A DNA stretch of 64,000 bases from Paramecium tetraurelia (taxonomy: Eukaryota), in assembly GCA_000165425.1 (NCBI GenBank), contig CT868629.1, positions 186,001 to 250,000 of the forward strand, read 5' to 3'. The notes under the pieces are model-generated. The model did no database searches and was not told the origin of the DNA. It saw only the letters and a program-made list of their open reading frames with translations. How positions within the stretch are numbered: position 1 is the stretch's first letter; every line of letters starts with the position of its first letter. Of this stretch, positions 12,841 through 28,214 are shown one piece after another. A program made the position numbers and the translations under genes.

Positions 12841-15800
12841 TCATTATTCTTACAAAATGCTTTTCATTTGATGCAAAAAGTTCTTTTATTGAATCTATTC
12901 ATACGGCATTGTCCTCAAAAATAAAATGATATACTAAAAGTCTATTTTGTGATATAATTGTGTCAAATATCCATATAATAAATACATTAACCCAACACTA
13001 TTCAATATTATAAATAATTACCTTATACCAACAGCTATTTCATAAAACAAGATTACTAAAACATATTTACTATAATATTCGTTTTAGAAATTATATAATT
13101 CACCGAGTTAATCACTAAACACATTTGTTGTTTCTGAAAAATAAGCTAAAAATGTATTTATGAATGTTTGACTTTAAACAAAACTAATTAGTTCATCCTC
13201 ATTATTCTCAAATTAATCATTGGCTAATTCAAACAGAAATTCTGTCAGCTTTACTTTTTCAATATTATTAATCAAACTCATCATTCCTCTATCTATTAAT
13301 GAATGCATCTCTTTATAAGGATATTGATTATCATAACAATATTTAATTTTATCCTTATAATTTAAGCAATAATCTGAAATTAATAAGTCTAGTATTGAAT
13401 CCTCTTACAAGTATTCAAGATTTAGAATGATATCATTTGATATCTTGATCAATAAGTTCATGCTATCGTTAAATTAAGTAATCACCATGTTAGCCAATTA
13501 ATCAGATATATCTAAAATCGTATTCGTTTTAATAAGAGTTCCATAAAGTAATCCAGAATCAAGAACTAGATTAAGTTTTAAAAAGGATTTCTCAATTTCT
13601 AAAAATTTATCTTTATAATAGTTTTGTTATAACAATGATCCAGTTAGAATGAATAAACATAGCACTGTAACAATTATAAAGTTTGGGAATATGTAACGGT
13701 GATTTAGATTTCCCTCTAATTCATGGATCTTTTTATTTTATTGTCTCTCAATATGAAGTTCTTCTTAGACAATGGCTACATAAGAAGTTAACTTCCAATT
13801 CTTAGAATTCGTATCATAGAGTGAATTTTATTCAAATTTAGTTTCAAACGTTTCCTTTATTATAGAGAGCCTAGCTATGTGATTTTATATTTTGATTATG
13901 TTTGTTTATTGTATCAATCTAAGGATTTAAATTACGGCTTACTACTTTGCATATAAAAATTTTATTTAATACACAATAAAACAAAAGCTTAAGAGAGTAA
14001 ACACAAGTGTTTAAATTAAATCTGATTGTTAATCCATATAGTTATCCACTTCTTATGTAATAGTTCGATAGAAGTAAGAGAATATATAATGTGTATTATT
14101 TGTAAAGTTAAATGTAAAATGTGTAGAGTTGTAGTAAGCTTGTCTCATTTAGTTATTAAATTATTCCAAGATAATATGAAATTATTCTAAATCGATGCTC
14201 TCATCCTTAGAATAATGATTCAAAATTAAATATTCTTAATTCTATATATTTTAAATATAAATTGATTCGGCTTGGGTTTAAGCCATTTGGATAATGTACT
14301 AATTTTAATTAATTATTGACTGTTATGATAGTTTGACAACATCATGTAAATTGAGTTTGATAGCTAGTAATTTATGAAATTCAACTTTTGTTAAAGTATT
14401 TTATATAAATCTATCGTTACTTGAGACATGTTGTTAAACTTCATTACTTTCTAATCCTATATTGATTATTAACAAAAGGATAACACAAAAAGAAAAATAT
14501 GTGAATTTCTTTAGGCAAGATAGGGTAAAGTTTGATTTAGAGATATGATCGAGATACAAAAATGCATCCTTGAGAATATTGATTTGTTTCTTAAATGTCT
14601 TATTAGTTGCCAATTAGAATTAGGTTTTGGTTTTTTACTTTTAATTTGAGTCTTTATTCTATTTTACTCTATTCTTTTGATTATTATGATCTTCCTCTTA
14701 TTCTTACTAATTAATTCCTTTTCTTTCAAAGATAATTTCTTAAAATTCCTATTCAACTGCTTACATTACATCATCATCATCTTATTAAATATTTATACTT
14801 TATAATTCTATTCTAGTTGTTAATAATTATTTTTTTGGTTATCTATCAGTTTATAATTTCAACAATCTAGAAGTATTTTCGAAATCATAAGATTACATTT
14901 TTTATTTTGATACACTTATGGATGATAAGTAATTATTTAATAATGTTTATCTTTCATGTTCTATTTTATTTAAATATAAAAGATGATTATTTAATTTGAT
15001 ATGTTTGATCTAATTCTCAATTTCCTTATTTGATTGTGGTCTCTCAGAGTTGATGATTTCGATCTCATCAACTGGAAATTCACATGAAGATTTATCTACT
15101 TTGCTTGATCTTGATCTTGATTTTGATTTTCTGGTTTTATAGGAAGTAAATTGGTCAAGAGTGTGTTTTTAAGTGTAATCCTATTTACAATCTTTAATTT
15201 CTAATAAGAAATATCCTAATGTTCTTTTACCAATTTAAATTTTTCGAAAGGACAATGAATACATTATTTAAATTCTGCCTCTGTTTGTTTTTTGACTTTC
15301 CCCTAATTGATCCAACATTTATCTTATAGAATTGTTATAATTATTATTCAATATCTACCATTCGCAACCCTCAAAGTTGAGATCTTTGCTATGTTGAAGT
15401 GATTCATCAAATTCTGAGATTTAGACTGTACTAGGTTTTGATGTTTGCAAATAAGTTTTTTAAGAGATAAAGTTAGAAAAAGATAACGCATGATTAGATG
15501 AGTACTACTATCTCATTATAATTTAATTAGCACCGACTACACAATTGAAGTGATTTTCAGGATACTACCAATATGATGTCAACTCATTAAGCGTATAATT
15601 TTAATGCCTTTCAATATTCTATTTTAGATTATATATCTAATCAATTATATTATCTATATAATATTAGATTAGTGCTCCCTTTTCAATAATCTCATTAATT
15701 GTTATTCTTTTAGAAAAATTGTCAAAAATCAAACTCTAAAGTGTAAACTCAAAATAATTCTATGTCATCCCAAACAATTTTCCATTCATCCCAAATATGA

Positions 15801-17760
15801 TTGACTCATTGTAATTTTACTCCTTTGTTAGTATTGCATTGATGAAATAGTCATTTTCTGCTTAAATGGGTAGAATATGGATGTAACAGGGAACTATGTA
15901 TCCTTTTGGATTCAGACAGAACGTTGATTAACCTTATTGAGATAGATTAGATTGTCCTTTATAAATAAAGGTTTCAGTCAATTAATCATGGATTGTGGCC
16001 AAATAAGAAGGCATCAAATCTAAACTTGATTTAATCAATGATATATCTTCAATGGAAGTTTCAAGGAATTTACTCATTTATTCATAATTTGGTTTGATCA
16101 ATTTGTTTACATTATAAATTAGAGAAGTTCTTATTAGTAGTGACCTGTCTAATGTAAATAACATTTATACTCATTACTAATTAATTGCTATCGATTGTCA
16201 AGAATTGTTGATACTTTTCAAATCTAAACACTTCATTAATCTTCTCCTCCATTTATTAAGCCTAAATACATTTATCAATATACTTTAAATAGATCAACAT
16301 TTACTACGCAATAATATACTTGTTGCAATCTTAAACTCATCACATCTAATTGTGAACTACACCATAATGTATGACTATTTAAATTATATATTTTTTCGAA
16401 TAACAACTTCATTTACTTGATTTATAATCCTTAGTTTCGAGATGCTTGATAAAACTACATCAAATCAAATTAATTCATAACTGTTTAATTCCAAAATTTT
16501 ATAAGATTTTCCATTACTTTTTAAAGTTGATCAATTACTAATTGACAAACTTTCTATGATTAATAAGAAGTGGAAATGTAACTAGCAATCTCAATTTTAG
16601 AAATATTTAATTTTTAAAATGTCAACACTGCAGATTAATAATAAAAGTCTTCATTCTACTCTTTATGCAACTCTACTAATGCACGTAATGGCCATTTCTT
16701 TTATACAAAGTTAGCATATATCAATTTATGTCTTTCATTTCTTGCTTTTCTCTTGAGAATACATTCGATTATGTCATAAAAAGCCTTGCATTTCACACAT
16801 TTATGATTGTTCTTAAATATCTGCAACTGTATTCTGGCTTGTTTATCTACTAAACAATTTTTATAGATCTTCCCAGCTAACTAACACAATAATATTGAAT
16901 CCCCTTGTATTAAAACTTTTTGTGTTTTTATGTTCAATAATTAAGAGTAAAAATACAAAATCACCGTTGATATTATCAAGTAGTCCATCAGAGTGAGTTT
17001 TGCTAAAAGGGTAATGCTCAAAATCAAAAATAATAAGTTCTATCTTACTCTTCCATCAGATTGGTCAGTGAATTTAAACGCATTTAGTGATATATTAGAC
17101 AGAAATACAAATAGTTAGAAAATAAAAGTTAAGGTATCATCCAAGAATGAAAGATAAATAGTAATAAATTCTGCAAGCTTCACTAGAATTCTTATCAAAA
17201 TGATATTATTGTTAACATCTTCATATTAATGGAGTGCATCTCCTCTTTGAAAAAATACAACCAGAATAGTCAAAAACATAGAAATTAATAGGTTTATCAA
17301 TGCTATTGCAAAAAGCAATGCAGATTATGTAAAACATAATTTTATATTTAACCAGATGATTGGGATGAAAAATACATTAGGATACACATTTATAACCAAA
17401 TTGATGATGATTATTAGCAGTTTCCATTTTTTTGAATTCTATATGTAGTTGAGTATAATATTTGCACATAAACTGATTATGAGAATTACATTGAAAATTA
17501 AAAAGAGAATCTGAATTATTGTGAAGTATTTCTCATCCATTATGTTAAAAATGAATGTTCCTCTTATCAGAGAATATATTGTGCTAATATTAAAGTATTT
17601 TATACATAATATCAGATTGAGGTTTGAATTCTCCACTTAAATTGAAAAACTATGTCAAATATAAGAAATAGGTTAATCCTTAAATTTGCCAACTTAAGTA
17701 GTTTTCATCAAAATTCAGCAAATAATGAAAGCTTCTACACTAATTTGTCAACCTTTTCAT
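12841..17760 (-). CDS. Large multi-pass membrane protein with a PAS domain (about 1600 aa)
   Basis: N-terminal hydrophobic helices, HKCVKC motif, PAS-like DLMPSYLATIHDQL..F..KGYIVP, C-terminal TM region ending FLRTMPYEQIQ..*; similar to 32158-37461 and 37666-42721. Not every internal exon was checked. Confidence 0.75.
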
Positions 17761-18105
17761 AATGAGATTATGTCTCCAAATTGATAACAAATAAATTAAT
17801 TAAGAAATATTTTATCAGTAAATTAAGATTGAATTTATTGTTACATCAATATTATTTTCTTGCACTTCTTTCCTATTTACACTGGCATTGCTTTCTATAA
17901 ATATTACGTTCTAATGATAGTAATTTTCATAAAACAGCATTAAATTTAAGAATTTATTACTAGAATCATGTTACAAGTAATCAATAAATATTTAAGAATA
18001 GTTTTTATTTTGTTGTAATTATCAAGATGATTATATATTTAGTATTGTATTCTGGATTTAATTATATTGATGAAGGAGAAATATTCAAATTCAAAAAATG
18101 TTCTA

Positions 18106-20471
18106 TCATTACTGTTTTAGTTTTTCATCCATTTGTTTTAATACTTTAACATAGAGATCTAATTGATTTTGACAATTTTCAATTTCAAGTTGATATTATT
18201 CAATTTATTATTTCATTTTATCTCTTTCAGCTTCAGATTTCACTTTTGCTTCATGTTCTTAATTCAACTCTCTGATTAAATTCACTTTCTCTCTATTCAA
18301 ATCTGCCACCGTATCTTGCAGCGAAGACACTTCCTCAGTAGAATTAAATGTCTGATTTGCTTGAGTTTATAACAATTTTTTGAGTTCTTCATTCTCTCTT
18401 GTTAATTATTAAATCTAAATATAAAAGTTCTTTTTGATTTGCTCCATTTAATTTTGAAATTGTTCCTTTGTCAAACTATCCTGTTACTTCTAGATTTATT
18501 TTTATTAAAATTCTTCGACCACTTTAATTAAACTTTAAATTCTTGATTCTAAACCTACTTTGACTTTACTTTATTATGCCAATTGATCATTCAATTTATT
18601 TATGACATTCTTTTAAATATAAATAATCAATTACTTTAAGTTCCAAGATCTATTCATTTAGTGAAATGGCCTCTTTTGTTAATTCTGTATTTTATTTCTT
18701 TAATCTCATTAATTCACTATTGTTTTCCTTGTTGACTGATTAACTTTTCTTTGTGGTTGATTGTTTCAATGCTTACTGCCTATCCATTTCTGCTTATTAG
18801 GATTATTTGTGATTTATTTAAACCAATAGTAGTTCTATATGAACTTCATGTTCCTCAATTTTGCTTTCTTGTGCTTTTATCTGAAAAATATTAATACTAT
18901 TTACTTGTTTTTATTGTTGTTCATTTTCCAAGAGCAATTGTTTATTAAACATTTCAGTTTTCTATAGTTTTTCAGTAAGAATTTAACATTAATCTCTTAA
19001 ATCCTTGATTATTTAGAAGGATTCCTCCAATTTTTAAGTAATCATAAACTTCTCCTTACTCAATACTTCTGCATTATAAGAATATTTTCTCTCAGATTCT
19101 TGAATTATCCTTAAATTATGTTTAAGTTCATTGATTTCCTTGATATTCAATTGAATTTGATGTTATTATTCTTCAAAACTTTAATTTTAAATTTTATACT
19201 ATAAAATAATGAAGATAAATACTTTATTTACTAATTCATCATATTAAGAATGCAATTCTTTATAAGATCTATCCAATTTTATATATTTTTCTCTGTGTCC
19301 TTCATGATCATATTGAGCATTCTTCTAGATTTATTCAAATTGTTCATAAATGACTTCCTTTTCTTTAAGAACTTAATCTTATTGAAATTGTAGTTTTTTG
19401 ATTTACTACTTAAGTTCATTATTTTATTTCAATTAGCTGTCATTAGCTAATTCCAGTTGATCAATTTATTCAATCATATACTTCATCTAAATTTAATCGC
19501 ATACAATACTTTTTTAATAGATGTTTCTTGATCTTATGATAGCTACCTTAATTGATGTTCTAGACTTGAATTGCTATTTTATAATCTTGTATTATTTTCA
19601 ATAGTAATTTCTAGGTCTTTATAATATTTATCTCTTTCTGATTCTAATTTCATAGAGAGAGTCTAATAATTATCCATTTATTCAATTAATTATTAGTTCT
19701 AATGATAGAAATAAGGGAATTACTTATTTTTAAAGGATTTGGATTTGATTATTCAAATCATTTACTTAATTTGTTAAATCTTTGGTGTTTTCAGCAGAAC
19801 TTTGAAAACAAGACTTGAATTGAACTAATTTTTCATCAAATTGATTTGTCATTTCATCCTTTTCTTTTTAGATTGCATCTAAGTTGTAAAGCAATTTGAT
19901 TTATATTTATTTGAGTTCATTGGTTTGTTTCAAAAGTATATCTGTTTACTATTCATAATCTTCATTAGAGCTCACTAGCAGTTTAATTTGCTTTTAGCTT
20001 TGTTCAATTTACATTTAATTTGTAATTTAGGTTTCTTCTAGTTGTTGATTTCTTTCTTATAACAAATTGATTTCTTCTTATTATTGCTGGTTAATTTTTT
20101 ACATCCTCTCAAAAGACTCAATAATTTTAGTCAATTCTTATTCCATCTTTGATCTAATTTCTGATTGCTATTGGATTTGAACTTGTAAGTCTTAATTTTC
20201 AGATTGCATTTATTTTATTTGTTGTGTTTGATGAGAGATTGTAGTTTAATATGAATTCTCTGATTAATCGACTTGAACAATTCTGTCCTTGATTTATTCT
20301 AATTGACTATCTTTTTAATTTAAGAGATTTAGCAATCGCCTAAATAAATTGAGATAAAAAGTACTTCAAATTAGTATTTAATTCATCATTTTCATTTTAT
20401 AGTTGCTCATTCATATCGATTTATTTAGCCAATAAGTTACTGAGAATCTCCTTTGACCTGTCTGGTTCCAT
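18106..20471 (-). CDS. Long coiled-coil protein (Q/E/K/L-rich)
   Basis: MEPDRSKEILSNLLAKQIDMNEQL... with heptad-like composition and several tiny introns; ends KQMDEKLKQQ*. Confidence 0.75.
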
Positions 20472-20542
20472 AATTTGAAATTTAAATATATATAATTATA
20501 TGTAAGAATTGAATATAATAATTTAACGTAATAAAAATCAAA

Positions 20543-23095
20543 ATGGGGAATCAATGTTGTGGAAATCAACCAATCAATAGAGATGCCAATGAACAGGCAT
20601 TTGCCTAAGCTATTCCAATAAGATTATAATAAAAACTGAAACCTGAATCATAACGATTTCATTAAGTACTAATTTCAAGTGGCGAAAATGAGAAGAAAGG
20701 TATAAGCAAGATTGATCAATAGACATCTTTTCAAACGAGAGACAACAGGACTTCATTTTGAATCTTAAACCATATAGCCATTTAGCCACTAATGATTCTG
20801 TTGTTGTATCAATACGAGTGGTTTGTCATGACTATTCTTACAAAGATGAGTTGGATTGGTACATTGATGAAGTAAAGTGATTGTTAATAATGTAGTCTGT
20901 GATCATCGATCCTAATTGTTTTGAAACATCCTTATTGAGAGTAATCGACAAGAAAACAGGTAATAAATACACATTAAGAGTGATCAATTTTAATGATTAT
21001 GAAGATTACGAATTCAAATAGGCTCTATATTAAATCTATATCATGCAAATGATTGGAAATAAATCTAAGAATTTGATATCCTTACATGATTGTTACATTT
21101 TAGAAAATGAAGATAAAGAATACTCTAAGGGATCGATCATTTTATTGATGGAATATTGCGATTCAACATTACATGAAATAATATCTTTTCGTAAGTTCCA
21201 TAATTGGTAATGGACATCTGATGAAATAAGACATGTATTTGGAGAATTGGCATAAGCTTTAGGATAACTAGAATAATTGAATATCACTCATCGAGACCTA
21301 CGTCCTCATAACATTTGGTATTCCTCTTAAGCCAAAACCTATAAAATTGGAGGCTTTGAAGAGGCAAAACTTGTTAAAAAAGCATAAACTCTACATAACC
21401 AATTATCACTCAACAATTTGGGAATCAATATCTAATAAGAGAATGAAGAATTATTGAATACAATCAGAGGTGTACCCGATTATTTGCCTCCAGAAGTTTA
21501 GAAGTATGTAGATGCAAGTGGAGCACAGACTGTTGGAAGATACAATCCATTCTTAGCTGATGTCTATTAATTAGGCTTAAACATTTTGATGATGGATTAA
21601 TTGGAAGTCAATTTTGAAAGCTCTGAATTAAGGAATGAAGTGAAAAAACTGAATAATCAAAGAGCTGGCAGTAGAGGTAGTAGTAATGACTATCATGATG
21701 TCTTAAAACTCATGTTAGTAGGCGATGAATCAAGTCGTTTAACTCCTGCTGAGTTGTCTCTATTTACTAAATCATATTTATCTGAAATGCCCCTTAACGA
21801 AGACAATCTTGTTGAAAGCATGAAATATAAAAAGAAGTATGCTGGAATCGAATCTACTAAAGTTTATTAATTGATTGCTGTTGCCTATTATGATCTATTC
21901 GAGTGGGAAAAGTGGCTAGAAAAAATGGAGGAAATCTTAGTTACTTATGAAAATGCTAAGGATGATCTCCATGCTGCAGAAGTACTGTTTGATATTGCTA
22001 ATGGATTTATTGATATCAATAATTTGACTAGTGCTTAAGATTATTTTATGAAGGCTAGCATTCTATACAATGAAATAGGTCATTAATTAAGAGAACAAAG
22101 CAAATTGAATGAAGCATTAGATAATTACGAAAGAGCTCTGGATTGTATTAGAAAAGCGTAATTTATAGTTCTATTTATTTAGACATAATGGAGATGACAG
22201 TTATGAAGGTGCTCTTCTATTGGAAAATCTAGCCAATGGATATAGATTACAAGGAAATCTAGCCAGGGCTCGTTCATTTCTAGAAGAAGCTTGTAGGATT
22301 ACTGAACAAGAAAAAGGAGCTGATAGTCTAGAATTTGCTAAAATGAGCATCAACTTAGGAAAGGTTCATTCCTTATTAGGTGATTATAAGCATGCACTCA
22401 AAAGAGTTAAAAAAGGACTCAGAATTACTGAAGGTTTTATTATTAATTTTATTTTAGGACATACCTCTGGAAATTAGAATCTATAACAAAGTATGTTAAG
22501 TTACAACAATTAAAACTAATAATTGTAAAATTCTGCTTTGTTATTGAAAGCTTAAGGATTAACTATGTTAGGAGAAGTCTAGAGATTGAAAGGATCTCTA
22601 GGGAAGGCTAAGAAAAGCATAGAGGAAGCATTAGCCATTAGAGAAAAACTTTAAGGCTCTGGAAATTTGGAAGTGGCTTCAACAATAGAAGTGTTAGGGA
22701 ATGTATTTTTTGAGATGGAAGATTTTCATTAAGCAAAATCCTAATATGAAAAAGCTTTGGTTATTAAAAAAAGTAAGTTAGGAGAAAATCATGTTGAAAT
22801 TGCCTTAACATTGAATAACATAGGAAATTCTTGTAAGCATCTAGAAGAATATGATAAAAGCTAGAAATTCTTCGCAGATGCATTAGTTATCTTAAAGTAA
22901 TCTCAATCAGGAGATGATCATCCACTTGTTGCCACAACATATGGAAATCTTGGTATCTTATTAAAATAAATTGGAAACATTTAATCAGCTTAATAATGCC
23001 TGACAAAATGTATTCAAATCTTAGATAAAACACTTCCAAAAAATCATCCCGACTCTTTATTTTATAGAGAATAATTGCAAGAAATATATTAATGA
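20543..23095 (+). CDS. Kinase-like (probable pseudokinase) domain fused to kinesin-light-chain-type TPR repeats, with N-terminal acylation motif
   Basis: MGNQCCG; ILLMEYC, THRDLRPHNIW, IRGVPDYLPPE, ADVYQLG; TPRs such as LGENHVEIALTLNNIG and DDHPLVATTYGNLG. Confidence 0.85.
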
Positions 23096-23116
23096 TATTT
23101 ATTATTATTTATTTAA

Positions 23117-26100
23117 TCAAAGTGGTTATATTTAAGCTTTTTTCACATTTAATTTCTTTCTCAAATTCTTACTCTATTTATGCAAAGTCAATAACTTTGA
23201 AAATTTATTATTCTTTTTTATTTAATTAGTTTCCTCTTATTTAATCTCTCTCACGTTGAAATTATTGGATTTAAATTTATATTTATGAATAAATGAATAG
23301 GGATACATCAAATATCTGACAAATTATTTAAATACTTAAGGAATGTTTTTCTACTCCTACAATTTGACCTTATAAAATTCATTATAAATTGTCAATATCT
23401 GATCCACGTTGTTGTGTATATTGTAAAACTTATACTACTTTACAGTTTCAATCTAATCAAATTTTTCAGGTTTCTGAGTATTTAGTTTAATCAGCATTTA
23501 CAACTTCATCTTTAAGAATTCCATTTCCTAAATATCCTTCTCCATCCATTCTATGTTATGATCTTCAATAAATTTTAATCTCTTTTAAATCCCAATTAAT
23601 AGTTGTTTTTATTCTGAATCCTTGTAATTTTCACTATTCAAAGATGCCAATATATTTTTGGTCTAAGCCTTAAAACTTTTTCGATTAGTAATTTTGTTCA
23701 GACTTTTTACAACTTCTACAGCTCTTTTAAATTTATTGATTCCTTTAAATTGCTATAAAGGGACGAGATCTTCATCAACCAACAAGGATATTGATTTTTT
23801 AGTAATTTTGTTAATTTGGCTTTTTCTTTGATTCAAAAAGTTCATGGCAACCTAAACATCTTCTTCCGGTTCTTCTTTAATCAAATCCTATGGTACATAA
23901 TTAGAGGGTTTTGGACTATTTATTGATTGAACTTTTAGCTTTTCAACTTCATCATCAAGTTCCTCATAAAATAGACATTATTTATAATTATCAGCTTGAA
24001 ACAAATCGCTAGTTTCTTAAATTAGATCTAAATCATTATAAGCTGAAAAATAACCATGTTGTCTTTTTTAATTTCTCCTAAATTTAAACTTAAAAGTTTC
24101 ATTTCGTTTTTACTCTTTTGAAAACTGATGTTTTTTTACTAAATATTCCTTATCAGGTATAAAATGAACTAAAGGACAATCAATAACTTTATGAGAAACA
24201 CTTTTACAAGAAAAACAAGCTAATTTAAGGAATTCAGAATCTGAATTATAAATCAAATCATCATGCATTTCTCTGAAGACTTCATAGTCTTCTGGAAATT
24301 CTGGGATAATTTTGAGAAAGTCTTCTCTAGACAATAATAATAATTTTGAAAAGCCTATGCTTTTAAATCTCTCTCTTGCTTTGATTCCTGTTATGAAGGA
24401 CATCAAACCAAGACTACTTCCTTTGGAAACAGTATTAACAATTGATATTGAATTATATGAAACATGATTCTACGACAATTCATTTTCTATAAATATCTGT
24501 ATTTATCCTTCTTCTACAAAACATATAAATTAATTCATTTTTTAACTTGGAAACAAATGATCAAAATCAATTATGTTTTCTGGCTAAACTACTATTGATT
24601 TTATCTTTTTCACCAATTTCTTCTTTAATTAGTCACTAAAGTGATTCTTAAATAATGGACAAGTATTCAAAATCATTGAATTAGCTTCAAATTACAAGCT
24701 CTCTCTCAAATTTTCTGATAGTTAATTAATGATATTCTTTTCTTCCTCAGTTTCTTCTTGTTGATTACATTACCAATAATAATTGAGATATTCTCTAATT
24801 TTAAATTGTAACTCATAACTTATCTTCTTATGCTACATATAAGTGTTTATTGTTTAAACCTTCTTCCTTTTCTCTTTTGTATAGAATGAAATCTTATCAA
24901 TAATAGCACCTACAGTACTGACACTGTATGACAATTGAATACTACAAATCATCATGAACATTATGCAAAGTACAGTCTCGAATGTGCTTTACGGAGTAAT
25001 GTCCCCATATCCAACAGTAAACATAGTGACAGTCGAAAAGTAGAATGAATATAAATATTAGATATTCCAATCAGCTTCCTCTAAGTTTTTCAAATTCAGC
25101 CAAGTCTTATAATCATTTCTATATGAATAGCTTCCAACCCAAAACCAAAGGCAAGAGAATATATGTAGAACAAAGAATAGTAAAAATATTAATTTCCCTA
25201 ATTCCAACAATGAACTCACTTATTTTGATAAATTCAAAGCTTCCTCAACTTATTCTGATAATTTAGATATATTCTTATATTAAATTAAAAACAATAGCAA
25301 CAGTAAATGATACCAATTTTCAGTTATCCTCACATACTACGATTGAACCACTGAAATAATCAAAAATGTTATCAGAATCAATACTGACAATATATCTAAT
25401 CCGTAGCTTTTTGTTAAGACATACTAAGCAATCTTCTTTCGATCAGTTACTATAGATCCGAACTCATAATAGGCATTATTGAAACTTAATATGAAATCTA
25501 TTATCAATAAAGCCAGCATTAATGAAGTGGGAATAATTAAGATATCAAACATAAATGATTGCATTTCCCATGCCAGATCCATCGGAATGACATAGATAAA
25601 ATAAAATCTTGCTAACATAACTATTGCATCCCAAAGCATTTTCAATTTGGATTCTGGATAAATTAATGGAATTTTGTTGAGACAATAGTTCCATTTTTAA
25701 ATCACCAAGGATTGAAGTTTATTAAACTTTAACTAGCATTTATTTTCTATCTCCAAAACCTATTTGACAATTATTGGTCGCATTTTTATTGAATTTTCTC
25801 TAAATAAATTTAAATTAAAAGTTGCTCCTAGATCATTAATCACATCGAAATGATACTTATCAAACATAGAATTCAGTTTCTTTTTGAATGATATCCTGTG
25901 TACAAATTTTTGAATTAAAAAGTACTGAAAAAAGTCTTTGTATACTTTTTCTTAGGTTGAACTTACACTATTACGTTGTTACCCCTGTGTAGTTTATTTT
26001 TGATCCGAGGAATCATTGGTAGGTTTAGTTAAAGTATAGTTGTTTGGAGATAGAGGAGTTGAATTAACATGTTCTTAGTAGTCTTAATTAATCGAATTCT

Positions 26101-26233
26101 CACTCACGTTATTACCTTTATTCTTGAACTTACTGGCAGAAAAACAAACATCAGAGAGTGAATAACTGATAAAATCTTAGTATTCATCCATAGGTTATTC
26201 AGTAATCATGAGCTATGGAATTTGAGTTGACAT
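23117..26233 (-). CDS. CNBD-containing K+ channel paralog, single exon (1038 aa)
   Basis: KMLWDAIVM, pore FYFSTVTMFTVGYGDITP, C-linker KIREYLNYYW and CNBD; start, internal ORF fragments and stop share one frame (3117 nt). Confidence 0.9.
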
Positions 26234-27146
26234 CAAATTTCTTATATAATAACTATAAAATAATATAAAATTTTCAATCTAATGAATGATTTTACAAGCT
26301 ACATAAGTCAAATTAAATAAATCATATTCTTTAATATTTTTATTGTCTCTAACTCTTCATTTTTAATTGATAAATAATTGAGTATTTTCTTTTTACTTAA
26401 CCTTCATATTCTCAAGTAAATATTTAATAACTAAAATGAACCAACTGTTAACAAAACAATTTAATAAAGGTGGTTATAAAACTAGTCTCCCAATTTAATA
26501 TTGTGTTTCTAACTCATCAATTAATCTAATTTTTATTGATAATCTAAATGAAATGGCCATCTTTTTCTTTCTCTCATATAATTTCTTTCAAGACTAAGTT
26601 TTTAATTCAATATATATAAAATATGTTCCTTTGAACCCGATTAGTTATTAATAAAAATTATCTATTTTGATAATTTTGAAAATTTTAGGAAATAAATTTT
26701 AATTAACAATATATACATAATCTTCTCGGATTTTTAGATAAAATAATTTTAAATATGAGAAGAATTTTAGAATAAACTTTGTTTTCTTGAAAAATATTAA
26801 AACTCCAAAGTTCTATAGGATTTTATCTAGATATATTAAGATTTGTATCATGCTTCATGAATATTTATTGTATCTAATTTAATTTATAGAAGTATAGTAT
26901 ATACCTGCAAAAGTGAAACACACCCTTAATTAAAAAATGAATATATTAAACGATAATAGTACTAGATATACCTAATGTGGCATCATAATTAACCTACATA
27001 AACACATGGATGTCACTTGAACTCATATGTAATTATGAATCTTAAATAAATATCAATTATAAAAGTAGTTTTGGTATTATTGAGAATGCTGAGACAATCT
27101 AAAATGTATATCCTCTATATATAAATTATAAATATAATTATTAAAA

Positions 27147-28214
27147 ATGCAACAAGTGTTTAAAAAAATTGGTACTCACAATGGTGCTTTTCATGTTGAT
27201 GAAGTTCTAGCATGTGCTATGTTGACCAAATATACCAATGAATTTAAGAATGGAATAATAACTAGATCAAGAGATCCAGCAGTTTGGGCTTAGTAGGACA
27301 TTTTGGTAGATGTGGGAGGAGTTTATGACCCACAAACTCATCGTTATGACCATCATTAAAAGGAGTTTTAATAGTCATTTTCGAATGATTTTAACATTCG
27401 TTTAAGTAGTGCTGGTTTGATCTACAAGCATTTTGGATTAGAGATCATATAAAATGTAATTGCTCATATCAATGCCACTACGGAAACGACTATTGAGATT
27501 GTAAATTTTTTATCATAAACAATTTAAGCAAAAAGTTGATGAAAAGACTCTCAACCTAATCTACATAAAGTTATATAAGAATTTCATATAAAGTATTGAT
27601 GCCATCGATAATGGTATCAACCAATATCCAAATTAAGAGCAGTTAAAGTACTAAATCAATACTCATTTGTCAGCTGTCATCAATAGATTTAATCCTACTT
27701 GGTGTGAAAAAAATCAAGATGAAAATGCTAAATTTCATTAAGCTGTTGAGTTTGTTACTACTGAACTTATTTCATAAGTGAAATCAATCTATTTGTAAGA
27801 ATTAATTTGATCTCTCATAGAGGATGGTATCCTGGCAGATGTTATGTTGTTTAAGCCTTTGACTCAAGATTTGAATAGGATTAATCAGGTTAAATAATCA
27901 AATTGCCATTGGCTTTGCCTTGGAAAAGTCATGTCTTCGACATAGAACAGGAAAGAGGAACTGTAGGATTGATTAAGTTCGTTTTATATCCTGATAGAAA
28001 TGAAGGATGGAGAGTACAAGCTGTTTCGGCTAACGAGGATAGTTTTGAAAATAGAAAATCTTTGAAAAGTGAATGGAGAGGAGTGAAAGATATTGAGTAA
28101 TTGAAAGCAATATCTGGTATTGATGATATTGTATTTGTTCATGCAAGTGGTTTCATTGGAGGTGCCAAATCCTATGAAAATACATTGAAAATAGCCAAAA
28201 TAAGTTTAGAATGA
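27147..28214 (+). CDS. MYG1: MYG1 family (UPF0160) DHH-type exonuclease
   Basis: IGTHNGAFHVDEVLAC, DVGGVYD..RYDHHQ, LSSAGLIYKHFG, IDAIDNGI, PWKSH, WRVQAV, FVHASGFIGG. Confidence 0.93.

Noticed and set aside
22502..22527. TACAA...TTGTA TA-bounded inverted segment resembling a retained IES
   Set aside because: Only 24 bp counting one TA (below the roughly 26-bp IES minimum), in frame, and a poor match to TAYAGYNR.
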